Source of the DNA: the human T2T-CHM13v2.0 reference genome, Homo sapiens
Assembly (NCBI RefSeq): GCF_009914755.1
Contig: NC_060935.1
Direction: 5' to 3' (one strand)
Length of the DNA stretch: 64,000 nt
Part shown: piece by piece, positions 26,431 to 41,169 of the stretch
Position numbering within the stretch: the stretch's first letter is position 1
How the letters are laid out: every line of letters begins with the position of its first letter
Notes under the pieces: model-generated
Seen by the model: the letters and a program-made list of their open reading frames with translations, nothing else
Told to the model about the DNA's origin: nothing
The model's database searches: none
Translations under genes and position numbers: made by a program

Positions 26431-28179
26431 GACATGGTGACTGCAACAAGGTCCTGCCATCCTAATGAGGACCTGTCTGGTGGAGCCAACTGCCTTTTTC
26501 CAGGTGATATCTTATGTGTCCATTCAAACTATGATGCTGTTATTCCACAGAAATGTTGACTGCATGTAGGCCCCAGCTTAAGAAATTAAGGTGCTTGAAA
26601 TAAAAGATGCAAGGAATCAAACCCATTTTCTCTTATTAAGCATCAGGACCTTCATATGCAGGTTTCAAAGAGAGGTCATTATCATGGGAATGGAAATTTA
26701 TAACAACAAAGTCTGGGCTCCAGCCACTGGATTTGAGTGTTTCTTCTTTGTTCTCAACAGAACCTGTAAGTCTGGATCCCTCTTACTCTCCATAAGATAG
26801 CCTTCCACCTTTTTCTTCTCAAAGACACAGATTGTCATAACTCTGGACGTATGTAAGTGTAGCATATGTAAGGCCAGAGATGTTAGCTGAGCAGACCAGG
26901 GCTGAGGAGTGACAGTTTACAGCAACTATTGATATGACTCCTCTTGTAGAATCACTAATTTCTCTCCTTCAACTGTCACCTTTTTTACTGAATTCCTGAC
27001 TCTGCATTGTATAAATGTCCTCAATATTCCTGGTCACATGGCATTTTTACTACTTGACTCCTTGCCTCTGCTTTCTTTTACTCTCCTGGTGATACATTAA
27101 TTACATTTTCAGGATCAAGGAGAAATACTAAATAATTAATGAGAGGAATCTTTGTATACAACTGGACTTTTTAATGATTGACTATTCTTGTTTTATAAAT
27201 ATTAATAAGCTGACCTCTGCACACTTTCAAGTCTGATATTATTTTGGTGAGGATATATGATGGTGAAACAAGTGAGAAACGGTATTCTCATTTAGCTTAT
27301 CAGGTGAAAAAATATTAAAGTAATACCCTGTGTGATATATGACTGCTTGCCAACATAAAACATTATATATGGCTGGATGCATGTACCAGGGTAGGAGATT
27401 ATTGAGAAAAAAACTTTTGGATTTTGTTCATTCAAAAATGTATACATCTCCTGCATTGCACTTTGTGAAAATAAGTTATTAAATATATTAAAAATTCCTT
27501 GTAGGCTGCTAAGATCTCTCACCCATTTAATGACCACTCTAGGCTCTGTAAACTGATTTTCTAACTCCCCTACTCATGGGTGAGCAGGAGAGCTGAGCTT
27601 CATGCTTTGGCTGTCGTCAGTCACAGAAGCCCCTGTTGATCTTGAGAGCTGTGAGTCAAGGAGCAAAGGGGAATGTTCATCTGGGCAGAGCAGATGTGGA
27701 AGCTAAGGAACTTTTGAAGGTTTAAGGTCCTGGGAGAGCATGGAGAACAAAAATGGGGCCAAATTGAAAGTGTTAGCAATAGAAGCCAGTCAAAATCAAG
27801 AGATTCACAGAAACAGCAGGATGCTCAGTGAGTCAAAAATAGGAAACACACTGGTTTTCTTGCCATAATAATCCCAAGCCTAGTATAGTGACAAACACAG
27901 TAAAAGCTCAGGAAATTGTTGTTGAATGAATTAATTAATAAGTGAGAAACTCATGGTTGAGTCTAAGAGGGAATGTTTAGAACCAAGTCAAAACTAAACT
28001 GTGCATTAGGCAACGTTTTACTTTGTCACACCAATTTCTTTACCAAGGCAGACTTGAGTGACTTTCAGATTTAAAATTTCATCCCTAATTGAAGAATGAA
28101 AGACTGTGGTAGCATTTGGGACAGTTAGGGGAAGATGGCTTCTGTTGAAATCAAGGAAAAAGAGACAAGAGAGACAAAA

Positions 28180-29060
28180 TATTTACTGAACACTTTCCAT
28201 TTGCTAAGCATGTCACATGCATTATTTTATTTAATTCTCACAACACCATTTTGTGGGTGCTTCAATTCTCTTACCCAGTTTTATTGATAAAGAAACTAGG
28301 GCACAGGATGTTTAAGTAACTTGCTCAAACTGACTCTATGGTGGAACTGAGATTCAAATCCAGACTTGTCTGATTCAGAGCTAGTTTCTCAACTATTAAC
28401 CCAGTGTGTTGCCCAACTTGCCCACCAAAAAGAATTATTTGCAGTGCTTATTAAAAATTTGGATTCCCAGGACCTAAATCTAGAACTTACTAAATCAAAA
28501 TCTCCAAGAGTGAGGTCCTGCATTTGGTACTTTTAGCAGGCACACCCCCAATGATTGACTGATTGATTGATTGACTTAAAATTTTTGTAGAGAAGGGGTC
28601 TCACTGTGATGCCCAGGCTGATCTCAAATTCCTGGGCTCAAGCTATCCTCCCACCTCAGCCTCCCAAAGTGCTGAGATTGCAGGTGTGAGCCACTCACTG
28701 CACCGGGCCATTATTTTTATTTGAATTTTGAGACCTGGCCTCACTGTGTCACCCAGGCTGGAGTACAGTGGCACAATCATAGCTCTCTGTAACCTTGAAC
28801 TCCTGGGATCAAGTGATCCTCCTGCCTCAGCCTCCTGAGTAGCTAGTACTACAAGTGTGAACCACGATGCCCAGCTAATTGTTTTTAAACATTTTGTTTC
28901 TGTAGAAATGGGGTCTTGCTATGTTGCCCAGGCTAGTCTCGAATGCCTGGCCTCAAGCAATCATCCCACGTTGGCCTCCCAAAGGATTGAGATTACAGGC
29001 GTGACCCACCATGCCTGTCCTAGATGATTTATTTTTGAAGCAAGTCTGAGGAGCATTGCC
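28180..29060. mobile_element. MIR (~28180-28375), then MER5-like element split by (TGAT)n, an Alu left monomer (-, ~28578-28709) and AluJ (-, ~28711-29020)
   Basis: Recognisable MIR, MER5 and Alu consensus blocks. Confidence 0.8.
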
Positions 29061-32000
29061 TAACACTGCATGCATGGTAGACATTTACAAAAGTATTGGT
29101 TGGAGCTTCAATATTTCATTTATCAATGAAAGAAATGTAGATGCTTTAAACTATTGAATAGTTTTCTTTGTAAAAATTCTTAGAAACAAGGGTGCATATT
29201 AATTTGTTCTTGTAAAAGAAATTGAATGGAAGAATACTGTGATAATATTTTACTCCTTCAGGAATACTGAATTCAAAAGGTGAATATTGTTCGTAAAAGA
29301 AACACAAAATTTACTGATTTGTTAAAAGGTTGTTTTAAAAGGAGCTATAAATAGTTTGAATTCCAATTAATGTTTAATAACATAAAAGGGTGGTTAATCT
29401 CTAAAAGGAAAAACATTAAAGGCTAATTGGATTTTTAAATCTGAAAAGCCCACAGGGAAAGGCTTTTCTTGATTAAAAAATGTAAACTCATTTTACAGCA
29501 CACATTTTGGTCAGGGTTAGGAAAGGGTAATTAACTTCCCATGGAAGATTCACTAATTACCATCAGAGCAAAATCAAGTTAAACAAGCCCTAAACTTAGA
29601 AGAAATGCAAAAATATTTATTATCAGGTGCAGCAAAATCTAACACTGTAAATACTAGGATAATGTATTTAATATTTATGCCTAAATTATGTTTTAAGATA
29701 GCTCCCACAAATTTCTTAAGTTTTTCATGAATATTATTAAGTTGGCTATCTTAGGTTTAGGCTCATTAAGCTTTATAAAAGTCTTTAAAATTATAAAATT
29801 TAATAAGCACAAAATCACTATAGCACAGATTTTATAAAAAGCGGTAATAAAATATTCAGTTTTAAATAATTCATGTTCATTATGTAGACTGGTCTAGTGC
29901 CACATTGCCTCAAAATTCAATATTCTGAATTCGTTTCAAAAATCTCAAAACACTTTATAAACATTTTGAAACTTTTTACATCCATAATGGAAAGAATATT
30001 ACATTTTTAGAGTTATTTTCACTGGAAAATATACATAGAAATCAATTAAAATCTGTATATTAGCTAAATAATTACAAATAGTTTTCAACAAAACATATTT
30101 TGTTACTTACATTCTAAATAGATAAGAGCCTGTAGCCCAATATTACCTAACTCTTGTTGATTGGAAAGCGGACAAACTGCTATTTTAAATGCTTTTCACA
30201 ATTTTTTGTAAGAATGGAGACTGAGATTTGTCATTGAGGGGCTTCTGTCCTTTTTTCTACTGAGTGAGAGGAAAGGGACTAATTCAGGTGGGTTCAGAAT
30301 TTCGGGAAAGTACTTCAAATGCCAATGCATCAGACTGCAATGATTAATCATAATGTTTAATGACTTGAAAGCTTCAATCAGGGCCTGTGAGTATTAAAAT
30401 GTTAACTAAGAGAGGAGACCTTGATTTGAGGAGAGCATCTCCAACAAACTGGCAGGCCAATTCCCTATGATATTCTTAAGTTTTAAAATAAACTCTGTTA
30501 AAGGCTTCTGCCTGGGGGATTGAAAAGAAGGAATGGGTCTATGTTTGAAAGCAAAGTGACCTGCAGAAAGTTGGAAGCACATTGAAGATTCGAGGTATTA
30601 AGGAAAGAAGTCTGGAGCAATGCAATTGGAACAATGACTAACAAGTAAGCACCAGACCTCTTCGGAAATTTGGAGAAGGCAAGTGGCCTTATGCAGTCAT
30701 GTGAGATGGGGACAGAATTCACTTTTCAAGGGTTAGGTTCCCAAGGGGGAAATCTGTTGCAACCTGGGCCCTAGTCTGTAGGAAGGACTTGGGAGCCAAT
30801 ATCACTTAGAAATCATAGCTCTTCACAGAGGACAACTAGACACATGACAGAAAATGGCCCTGTCCAGAAATAAGAAAAAAATCACAGGAACTGGAATTAA
30901 GAGAGCATCTGTCCAATGCAAATGCATTAAAAGCCCTTTTGAGGTACTACTTTTAGTCTCTCAAACTTTGGCTCCTTCACTAGCTCCTCCCATGAACATC
31001 TGGGTATATGAAGTAGATAGGTCCATACCCTGGCAGCTGACTGGTCCTGGTATGCCTAGTGTCCAGTGAGGCAGGGTTGGGAATTTCCTGGCCCTGCAGA
31101 TTTGGCTAACTTCTGCTACTGTCATCTGCGGCCCATGGACATTTGGTCTGTTCTTCTTAGCTCAGTCAGGACCTGGAGATCTCTCTCCATTGTGACTCAC
31201 CTGAAGACTGGTTGTCACTATATTCATTTCACACCTAGTTTTCCACCTTGAAATCTATGTTGCTGGACATACCCCAGCTACAGAAGCCCCTTTTGATAAT
31301 CCTCCACCTTCACCACCACACTTTTAGTACCCCTGAGACCATTAAAGCCACTCAGAAACCCAGAACACCTGGGAAAGGAGAGGCAAGAAAATGAGAATCC
31401 TGGCATTCACCTTTCTCCACTTCTTTTATTTGCAATAACAATAAATTCAGACAATATATTTTTTTCTGAGATACATTTTAATAAATTAATTATTTTATAG
31501 AATTGAAATGTTTTACTACATGTTAACATGGTTAACATGGACGTCTAAATGCTAATTTTAGTTCTCATAGCATATGCAAAACCCCACATTCCACTAACAG
31601 AGAAATGAAGTAAGTTGCGTGTGCAATGTAAATAGCTTTGGGCATTATTCCCCTGCCTGAGTGGGAAAAAGGTCATTAACACTATTATGCTCTTGTAGGA
31701 GAAATGGGAAATTTGCAGTCATTGTTTTATCCATTATTGCCTTTGAAAAGAAACAGAATTAAATATTATAATGAAAATTCACTGAAAACAAATACTCCCC
31801 AAGCATTAAAAAATTAAGTGGATAAATGACTTTGAATCTATAATTTCACTTTCAAGACCCAACAATACATACATAACTATACAGTCAACTATAATATATA
31901 CATGCTCTCCAAAGATTGGCAATGCACTTGCATAGTGCAATTTCGCTCTAAAAAATGCCTTTGATTAACTTTTCCATTTACTGTACTACAAAAACTAAAG

Positions 32001-35000
32001 TTGCATAAACTACCTAAACCAATTTTCTCAGATACTTTGAACATAAGCAAGATTAATATTACAAAAAATTAGCATGTACATTAATACAGTACAATGTGGT
32101 AGCATTCTAAAATGTAAAATTCTAACATAAAATAATTTCCTTTTCATATGAAAATAAGTAAAAAAATACAGATATACCAAACTGATTCAGAAACAACTAA
32201 GATATATCTTGATTCACATATTGGCTCAATATAATATCAGTTTATTGGATGCTTTATTATATGACAGGCACTCTGCCAACTGCTGGGCCCAGAAATGCTG
32301 AAGATGTGTCCCTATCCCTAAGAGTTTCCAGTTAAATGAGGAAGACAGACATATAAAGAAATATTTATACTACAATATGACACTCATTAACAGAAGACTG
32401 TACTCTGAGTTATTTCAGGAATCTTGTTACCCTTGACACCATCAGCACAATTTGTTGAGCTAGTTAGACTTTTATGGTTGGGAATGTCAAAGTTAGTGAA
32501 ATGAATAAAACTATCTGACTCATAGATTTATTTAATTATGGCCTTGTTTTATGAAAATATCATGCTCTATCCAAATGGACTAGCTGCACAAATGAATCTC
32601 CAAATTTAGATTGTTATTATCATAAGGCTGGTCAGTATTGATTTGTGAGCCTATTGTCCTCTCATTCACCATCAAGGGTGTGACTGCTTTGGTTTCTATT
32701 TTTTGTATAGTTTCTGGAGTTTTCTTTAGTGTTTTTAAAAGTCTTCAAACCATATCTAATGACAAATTGACTTATGAAAATTTGGCTTCATAATTCCTCT
32801 CCCAGAAAATATAGTTCTGATTATGTTGATGGGCATGAGTAGGAAAAGGGAGACACAGCAGGACTCTAGCTCAAGTGGGATATATAAGATTTAAAGAGCT
32901 AAATGAGGGAATGACATGTCTGAATTATCAAGCACACTGAGAATAGACAGGGAGGCAAGGTCCATACAAGAAACAGATTCTGCAACACTGGTCAGGCTCA
33001 ATCCACCATAAAAGCAATAGAGCTAGTAGGACAGATTGTCTGAGATAACTGTACAAGGAGATACATAACACCAGCTATTGTGGGAGATGTTAAAGTGCCA
33101 AGCATTTGAACAAAAATAAAAATGAGGCCTTGATTTTGGAGGAATGGAAGACATGGTACTGGTTCAAACACTTAAATGACTGGCATGTGAAGATAGCAAC
33201 CTAGGACCAAGGCCTGGAAGTTATTACAGGGAAGCAGACTTGTTTTCAGTGTTAGGAAGAATTTTCTATTAGACTGTTCAAATGTGGAGATAGTAATTCT
33301 TAACCACTGAAAATACCCATTTAGAAATTGAAAAAAAAATTGCATGTCAGGATGTTTTAGAATTTAAAGGAAATTTCTATAGCAGGTTTGGAAGCTGCAT
33401 TAGCTTCCAAGGTTATTTTCTAATTTGAATGAGTCTATGATTTAGAAGAGCTATCTTTTGGTAAATGTATAATAGTATTTCCCTGTGATTGAATTCCCCA
33501 TTTTGATATTAAATTTGATCAAGCATCAGTCATCAAATATATTTTATAAACACATCTAGATGTTTAAGACATATTCTTTCAAATTATATAATATTTAACT
33601 AAAATTACTACCTTTGCCAATATAAATACTATGCAGGAAAATAATAATTTAGGAGAAAATTGTAGGTACTGATCTTTCAGTTTCTACTCATTATAAAATG
33701 AACATACCTCTATGGCAAATCAAAGGAAAAATCCCAACTAGCAGCTCACTTTAAATGTCAGCACCATTTACAAACTTTTCCTAGTTAAAAAAAATTATCT
33801 TGAATAAATACATAGTTCCAAAAATGGTGTAGTTTTAAGACTCAGTTTCTATTGAAAAATCTTGAGTATCAAGAACCACTGAATCAAGTTATTCGCAATG
33901 CCTAAAATGCTAAATAAGTTGGAGGAGAAAACATATATCAGAAATGATGGAGATTGAGATATGTAAATAGAATGTAGAAATCTTCGGTCATGCTCTTTCA
34001 TATAGGAAATTATTGAGCTAGTGATCTTCCATATGCCACAGTTTTGGGTAACTGGTCTCATTCTAAAGTCTGACTTTATAAAGTTGTTTCTTACACTGGA
34101 CAGAAATAAGCTCCCTATAATTTTCAGCCTTTGTGTTTAGGTTGCCATTCAGAGCTGCCCCCTCAGAGAACATTTTTGAGATTTATACTTTCAATTCTAA
34201 ATAAGAATTTCCACAACACTAGATCCAATTAAACTGAGCATGATGATCTTAAAGTAACATTATATATTCAACTACTTAATCATTACATTATAATATTTAT
34301 TGCATTCAAATCTCAAAATGTAAACAGATATATCCCTCTGTGCTTAATTCTGATTTTCAAATGGTATACCTTGAGCTAATAAGCACATTGAACATATATT
34401 CAATTGCTCTTCTTGGTATCTGAGAAATACAGAATCATATTGCAGCATGTGGTCGCTCTTGAATATTAATCTAGCTTTCAAGGGTAGCACGTAATGAATA
34501 TTGCTGTGATAATGACCTCCTCCACTCCCCAGACCAGAGCTGATTACGGGAAAGTAGTTAGCTTTGATTATGCAAATATTCCTCATACTACTTAGTTTCA
34601 AAGGGTGTAGATGAACAAAAGTTGCTCCACATTTTAGGAATGTCCATTAACTTTGAATTGATCTCATGTTTTAAACATACTCTTTTTTGTATTTAATAAT
34701 GCTGTATACCTACTTTAAATTTTAGAAGACATTACAATATTAAAATATTTTTGGCATGCATAATGCAAATGTAGTGGAGCATGACAAAGATAATGGATTT
34801 AGAAACGTTAAATAGAATTTTTCCACAGGAATGATAGCAATCTGAATAATGAGCGTAATTATTTTGTCTCTTGCACTGTAGCATTGGCTGACGGATATAA
34901 TGAAAGGAAAACAGACTTTTAAAAACACTAAGGGAAGAGCCCATAAAAGGATGTTATTTTCTCTTACCTAACCTCACAGACAGAAAAAACAGCTCCTTCT

Positions 35001-35699
35001 GGAGGTACTGAGAATAGACTTGAGGGATCACTGAGATTTGCAGGTCAGAAATCCAGAAAGGAGGGTGAGGCCAGAATAATATATATGGTTCTTAGACAGT
35101 GAAGCCACAGTCATTAACAAGACCAGAGGATATAACCAGACTTTAGTCATTGCTCCTGTGTGGTTGAGTTCCTTGAGGGCTTTGAAGACACAAAACCATT
35201 TTCCAATAAGGCAGATGGATCAAATGAAAGTGCTATCTTTATAAGGAGAGGCAAAATATGAAAGGAGAGGAGTTAGCGGAGCAGAGTCTAGCATAGATTG
35301 CTATGGTGATCAGGAAAAAAAAAAACAGTAAATAAAGAGTAGGAGGTTTTTGATTAGACAGAGTATTTTCCTTGCAGTGATAATTGGTGGAGAGAACAAA
35401 GGTACAGAAGTAAAGGGATGGCAATCACTGAAAATGATTAAAAAGTAACCCACGGTAATTATTTAAAAAGAAAAAACTAGGGCAGAAAACCTTCTGCATT
35501 AGAAAATGTATTAAATCAAATGCAGAGGAAGCCACCTAGGCTTTGATAACAAGAATGTTTCTGGAAACATTAGCATAAAGCAAAGGCCAATCAGAACAGT
35601 AGTGGAAATCAAGAAGATGATACAACAATGAAGTAATATCAAAAAGGGATTTGATTTTGGGTTTCTCCTTTCTGAAATAGATGAACAATTCCTAAAGTC

Positions 35700-37450
35700 A
35701 GTGATGAAAACAATATTTATTTTAAACATACTCTATTAATATATATCCTTAAATTAACAATTCAGTAAATGCACATATAGGCTACTCACTGTGTTATGGT
35801 CTTTCTCAAATAATTTGTTTTCAAAGCCACACACACACAAACAAAAGCCTCCACTGAATTTTCCTTTTTCAAATACACAAAGTTCAGAGCCAACTACTCA
35901 TGTGCTTAGATAAGAAGGCCACCAATAAATACGTCATCTAATCAGGAACAGTCCTTGATTTTTAAACTTCATGAAAATGTACTCTGATATTCCATTCTGT
36001 TTTGAAAAATACATTTGGAACTTATCGTTGCATAAATTTATATGATAAAATAAGAGAATCTTCATTTAGGTATATTTCTACTTAGGAACACACTTTTAAA
36101 GAATGTGCACATTTGAGAAAGATTAACATTTACAACTGAGTGTAGAAAACTACATTTGGTTCCAGAGAAGTACAATCTACACATTACCTGAGATGTAAAG
36201 CAGGGGTCTTAAAACCCAAAATGCCTTTATCTTTTAAACTGATTAAAGAAACATATACTCTTGGAAGGCAGAATCACCTACCTGAGAACAATGACAACAG
36301 TACCCTTACATTGTGTGGGTTAAAGATCAAACATCTTAACAGATGCAGGTTGTGAATACTATTAATCAATACCAAAAGCCAAGTCATTTTTTTTAATTTA
36401 GAAAATAATTCACTAAGAATAATTTACTGAAGTAGTAAACCAACATAGTGCTTTATAGTTGGTAAACATCATCACAGAAAATTGATATGGTACTAATTTA
36501 AATCCTGAAATGTTTTATGTAGCTGAAATTTGGATAAAGCTTAAGAAATGCCATAATAATGATCCACTTAATTAGAGGTCAATTTTCTATGTTCTTAATT
36601 AGGCTGGAACCTAGCAATGATACATAAAAAGTATTTTAGTACTGCCATCCCAGAATCCAAAAATTTCCAATTGAGGGTTACATGTTAACATAAACTCAGG
36701 CCAGGTGTAACTTAGAACTACTAATTAAATCCAGAATGTTAATTTACTAAGATTGAACCAGAAAATGAGAGGGGGGGAGGAGAGAGAGAGAGAGAGCTAG
36801 AAATTGAAACCAACTGACATTGAAAACTAATCAGCAATTTTTAAAGCATTTAAGTAACTGCTAATGGCATTATAACATGGTACATTATGCTTTTAATGAA
36901 AAAATGAGTCATTAAAAAAAGTTAAACTATGTTTAGTGTACTATTTATAAAGCTGGGAGAATTATTTCTGAACTAAAAAAGGGTAAAAAGGGTACCTAAA
37001 AGAAGTTAACCAATCATCACAAATGATAGGAATTCAACAACTCATACCCGCAGTAACAATATTCTCACCTCTGATTTATTTTTTACTTCATATAAGATAC
37101 AGTGTAATTCATTTTTACTCTCTCTAGAGGTTTCTCCCATCTAAACAGTACAAATCTTTTATGGACAGAGTACTTTAAAAATCAAAGTGTCAGAGTCTAT
37201 GATTTGTAGTTTCATGTGAAAATACTAAGTATTCTGGATTCCCCAAGGTTAAATTATATTCAGTATAATTTTTGGTAAAATATATTTTGTATTTTAAGTT
37301 TTTGGAAACTGTTTATTCATATATGGTGTACATACATAATAACTAAAAGCAGGAATGTTTTATTTCATTAAGATGTATAGATCTTTTTACCTATCATTTT
37401 GGTTAACAAATTTACTTTAGGTTACTAGAACTGGACTCGTTTTAGAATGT
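35700..37450 (-). other. KBTBD3: KBTBD3 3'UTR with proximal and distal AATAAA signals
   Basis: Repeat-poor AT-rich sequence after the stop codon. Minus-strand AATAAA at 37364-37359, 37317-37312, 37080-37075 and 35721-35716. The distal end is inferred. Confidence 0.65.
36767..36797. repeat. G/(GA)n purine tract in KBTBD3 3'UTR (CU-rich in mRNA)
   Basis: GAGAGGGGGGGAGG(AG)8. Confidence 0.85.
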
Positions 37451-39056
37451 TCAAGCACATAGATTAGAAAACCATGGGTCTCTGTATTTATTAAACTGAA
37501 TCACCTGGCAGTAAAATTCTGTTAAGGCTCTAGGCATTGGTGAAACTTCTTCCCATTCAGACCTGTTGCTGTGGTAGACCTGCACTTCATCTGTGATTTC
37601 ATCTGGTGCATAATCACCACCTAATATATAAATTTTATCTTCAATTCCAATTGCACCTGCATTAAAGCCTGCACACTCAAAAGATCCTTCGCCTTTCCAA
37701 ACACAAGTGTCTGGACAAAAACTATAAACCTTATAGGTGGAAAGGTCACATATATACAGTGTACAGTTTACTGGTACAGCTTTAATTAATGTTGCATGAA
37801 AAAATTGCCCAAACTCTGCTACTAGTTCAGACCACTGATCAGTTGTAGCATTGTATTTAAAAAAGCAATCAAGTGATGGGTTAAAAGCATCTGTAATCTC
37901 TACCTCTGATCCAAGAACATAAATTACATTTTGGCATGTGCTTGCTTCTGGATAGTATATGCCTCTGGGTAATGGGCTAACAGATATCCATTCTTTGGAA
38001 AGAGGATTGTAAGATTCAACATCTAAGAGACTTTTAATGTCCCGGGATCCTCTAGTTTTTCCACCTATGACAAATAATCTATCGAGAGCCATAACTGATG
38101 TATGCATGGTTCTTGGTGTTTTCATAGTTGATACCAAGAAGAAATCATTTTTCACTGGACAGTAGCACCAGGTTTGATCAGTGGCATCATGATATGACTC
38201 GGCAATATGCAGTCGAACCGTTCGACAACATTTCCCTTTGCAACCACCTGTCAAGAATATTTTCTCTCCGTAACTCGAAAGACTAGATCCTGGCAAATCA
38301 ATCAGGTGTGATTGCGGCAGTATTTTCCATGAATCAGATTTAATGTTATAGCAAAATGTATATTGATTTTCTCCATTTTCCTCAGTTTTGTGAATGAATA
38401 TGTATTTCTCAGTTGTGGATGGTCGAGCATCAGGGAAGAGTCCACCAGAACCTTGCACACACTTAATTGCATCCATGATTATGTCAAAACAGTTTGTGCT
38501 TTTGAGTAAACTCTCTTCATTGAACAGACAGTCCTGAAGTGTCTCCTCAGATAACTGATGTAATCTCACTTTTTCAATCAAATGAGGCAGATACTTTTGC
38601 CTTGATTCTAAGTTATGTTTAGTCCAACTAAGGACAACTTTCAGTACCATTTCTTCTTCAGGAACATTTAATTCATCTGATTCCAGACATTTCTGTAGTA
38701 CTCCAAAATTCATCTCTAAGAAATCACTGGATTTAAATAATAAAGAAAAGTGATGTTGTACAAAGTGTAATGCATGATCAAACAAACTGGTGGAGCCATA
38801 GCTATCTGATATAGATAATAACTGTAAACAATTGACAAGATTAATACTTTTTATTAAAAAGTCACTGCAAGCTTTGGATAGGAAGGAAACTTGAAGAAAT
38901 GATGACAACTGGAAGAACATTTCCACATTATCATCTGTTATTTTTGTTTTTCCAGTATAGGCATAATCGAGAAATGCTTTTACTGCCTTGGAGGACAAAT
39001 TAGTAATGGTAACACTTCCATCATCTCTTTCTTTCATGTTTACTTCAAACATAGCC
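37451..39056 (-). CDS. KBTBD3: KBTBD3 last coding exon (C-terminal BTB, BACK, Kelch repeats)
   Basis: Long ORF with BTB/BACK signature (AMFE..., FLDYAYTG, NCLQLL, L.SDELNVPEE) and Kelch motifs (FLTGG, FVIGG, YVLGS, YILGG, Y.P....W). Acceptor TTTTTGCAG|G at 39058-39057. The exon's 1606 coding nt plus 233 nt from the previous exon give 1839 nt = 612 aa + stop. The ORF-track N-terminus MLFFCVLYFC is intronic. Confidence 0.97.
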
Positions 39057-40224
39057 CTGCAAAAATAAAGAACACAGAAAAACAGCAAGAATATTTTATT
39101 CCATAATTATTTTCAATATTACCTTAAAGAGGTTTCCTTACTCTTGACTTAAATATATTTATAAAAGCATATTTTAATTGCCTCCTAATTAATATCTAGA
39201 ATAATTATATAATATATTATTTATCTGCCAACAAACATATTACAAAATGCCTATATTACAAAAATGTACATTACAGCTGAGCTATAGCAACTAATAAAAA
39301 AAGACTATAAAAAGATTCAAATTTTGTATACTTGTTTATTATTAATACTATTGGGGCAAAATCTTGCTGATGGCCAAATTTCTTTATTTATGGATTAATT
39401 AGTAACAGCTGTGCTGGTGATAACTAAAATTACTTAAAATATAATTATTTAGGGCTTAGGATTTAAAAGTGTCTTTCAAATTCATCTTTGATTTCACATT
39501 AATGAAACAGAAAAGAGTACAGTAAGATACCTGATGTCTCCAATGACTCTATTGGGCGGGGAAAATTCACCAAATAAGATACATGTCTAAAAAGATATTT
39601 TATATAGTTCTTTAGGAGAAGGGGAATGTGATTTCCTAAAACTAAACAATAACAGTGTACCACATCAAGCAAAAAGGTGAAAAAAAGAAAAGTTTGGTAA
39701 TAGGCACTGAGAGATAGAGATAGGCCCTCAAATTTGAATAATTAGACCAGCTTGAAAGTTCTTCATAATAAGTTTTGTTTTATTGCTACATGGTAAAGTT
39801 GACAGAATCTAAGGAACTGAGAATTTCTTTGGCTCAGTTTAGGTAAAAACATAAATTATTTGGAAATGTATGGGCATGGAACAAAATGTATTTTACTATT
39901 GCTTCTGGTTTAATAATGATTTGTATTTGTGCCAGTATTGTCCAGGATGTCTTTCTGAGCAGTGTTCCTAGTTGCCCAAAGTATACTAGGGGAAAACCAA
40001 TTTACTTATCAGAGTCTACTCAAGAAGGTAATGAAATCTATTTAAAAAGTACAACATCCAACTGAAAAATATGAGGGGACTTGCAAAATGTTACATATTA
40101 CGCAGGGATTTTTAGTAATGTATATCAATAGAAATATTAACCTGTGATAATAATTATATGGATTATTAAGACACCTACAGCAGTTTAGGATAATATTAAG
40201 AGTCCATGTAGCCCAGCTGGCTAT

Positions 40225-40405
40225 ATGGTCCATAGGGCCCAGCTGCCAGTGTATGTAGCCACTGCCACTTATTAGCTGTGTGGCCTTGGGGAGGTGACTT
40301 AACTTTATTGTGCTTCAAATTCTTCATCTGAAAATGCAGGTACTGGTAGTATCTATGTCATTGGGTGCTGAGAAGAATAAATGGGTTAACTGATGCAAAG
40401 TATTA
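40225..40405 (+). mobile_element. MIR
   Basis: GCCACTTATTAGCTGTGTGGCCTTGGG...CTTCATCTGAAAATG. Confidence 0.75.
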
Positions 40406-41169
40406 GCTTTTATTGGTATCATTATTTTAAAAAATGTTTTCTATCAGATTTGATGTATTTATAATTTACTATCGGCTTCCACATTTTCTTTGAGAAGACA
40501 CGTGTAAGATTATATTTCTATATTTCATTCTATTAATCTTAGAGTATCCAGTTAACATCTATCTCCAATTTACCATCTTATCATAAAGTATGTATAAAAC
40601 ATGTGTGATTCCTTTTCAATTTCTTGTCTCCAATGACATTCCATCTCAGTAATAATTTTTGTTTTCCAAAAACACTGTAAGAGGGATATTTTCATGCATT
40701 GTGCACTTTTCTGACATTTTTATTTTACATTTTCAGTATTCCATTGAGTGAGTTTGATCATATTGTGAATTAGCAGCATTATAGGAGAGTGTAAATTGTC
40801 AAATGTCTATTACATATGTACATATTTTAATGTGAATTATGTACTCATTTAATAAAGTACTATATGTAATAAAGGATCTGATATTTTTGTTATTTAAACC
40901 AGGTAGAAAACTTTAAAAATACATTGTTCTAACAGTAATTTTAAAAACTAAAAGCAGACCTATAAAAAACTAGCAGTAAGCTGAACAAAGAAATATGTGC
41001 AAAAATTATATGTAAATTGAATAAAAAATAGCATCAAGAAGAGTGCAGGTCTATAAATTGAAATGCCTACATAAGAGTATTTTATTAGCATGAAAACATC
41101 ACAGGGAAATCAAGCTGTGTGTTCACACCAGATTATTTATATTTTTGCTAGGTTTAGAAATAATAATCA

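Noticed and set aside
29500-32300. Repeat-poor AT-rich region resembling an extended KBTBD3 3'UTR
   Set aside because: AATAAA and AU motifs occur by chance at this composition; needs expression data.
37451-37465. C-terminal NLCA as a prenylation signal
   Set aside because: Cys is penultimate, so it does not fit CaaX, CC or CXC.
39057-39088. MLFFCVLYFC as KBTBD3 N-terminus or signal peptide
   Set aside because: It is the intronic polypyrimidine tract read in frame; the true N-terminus is in exon 43698-43466.
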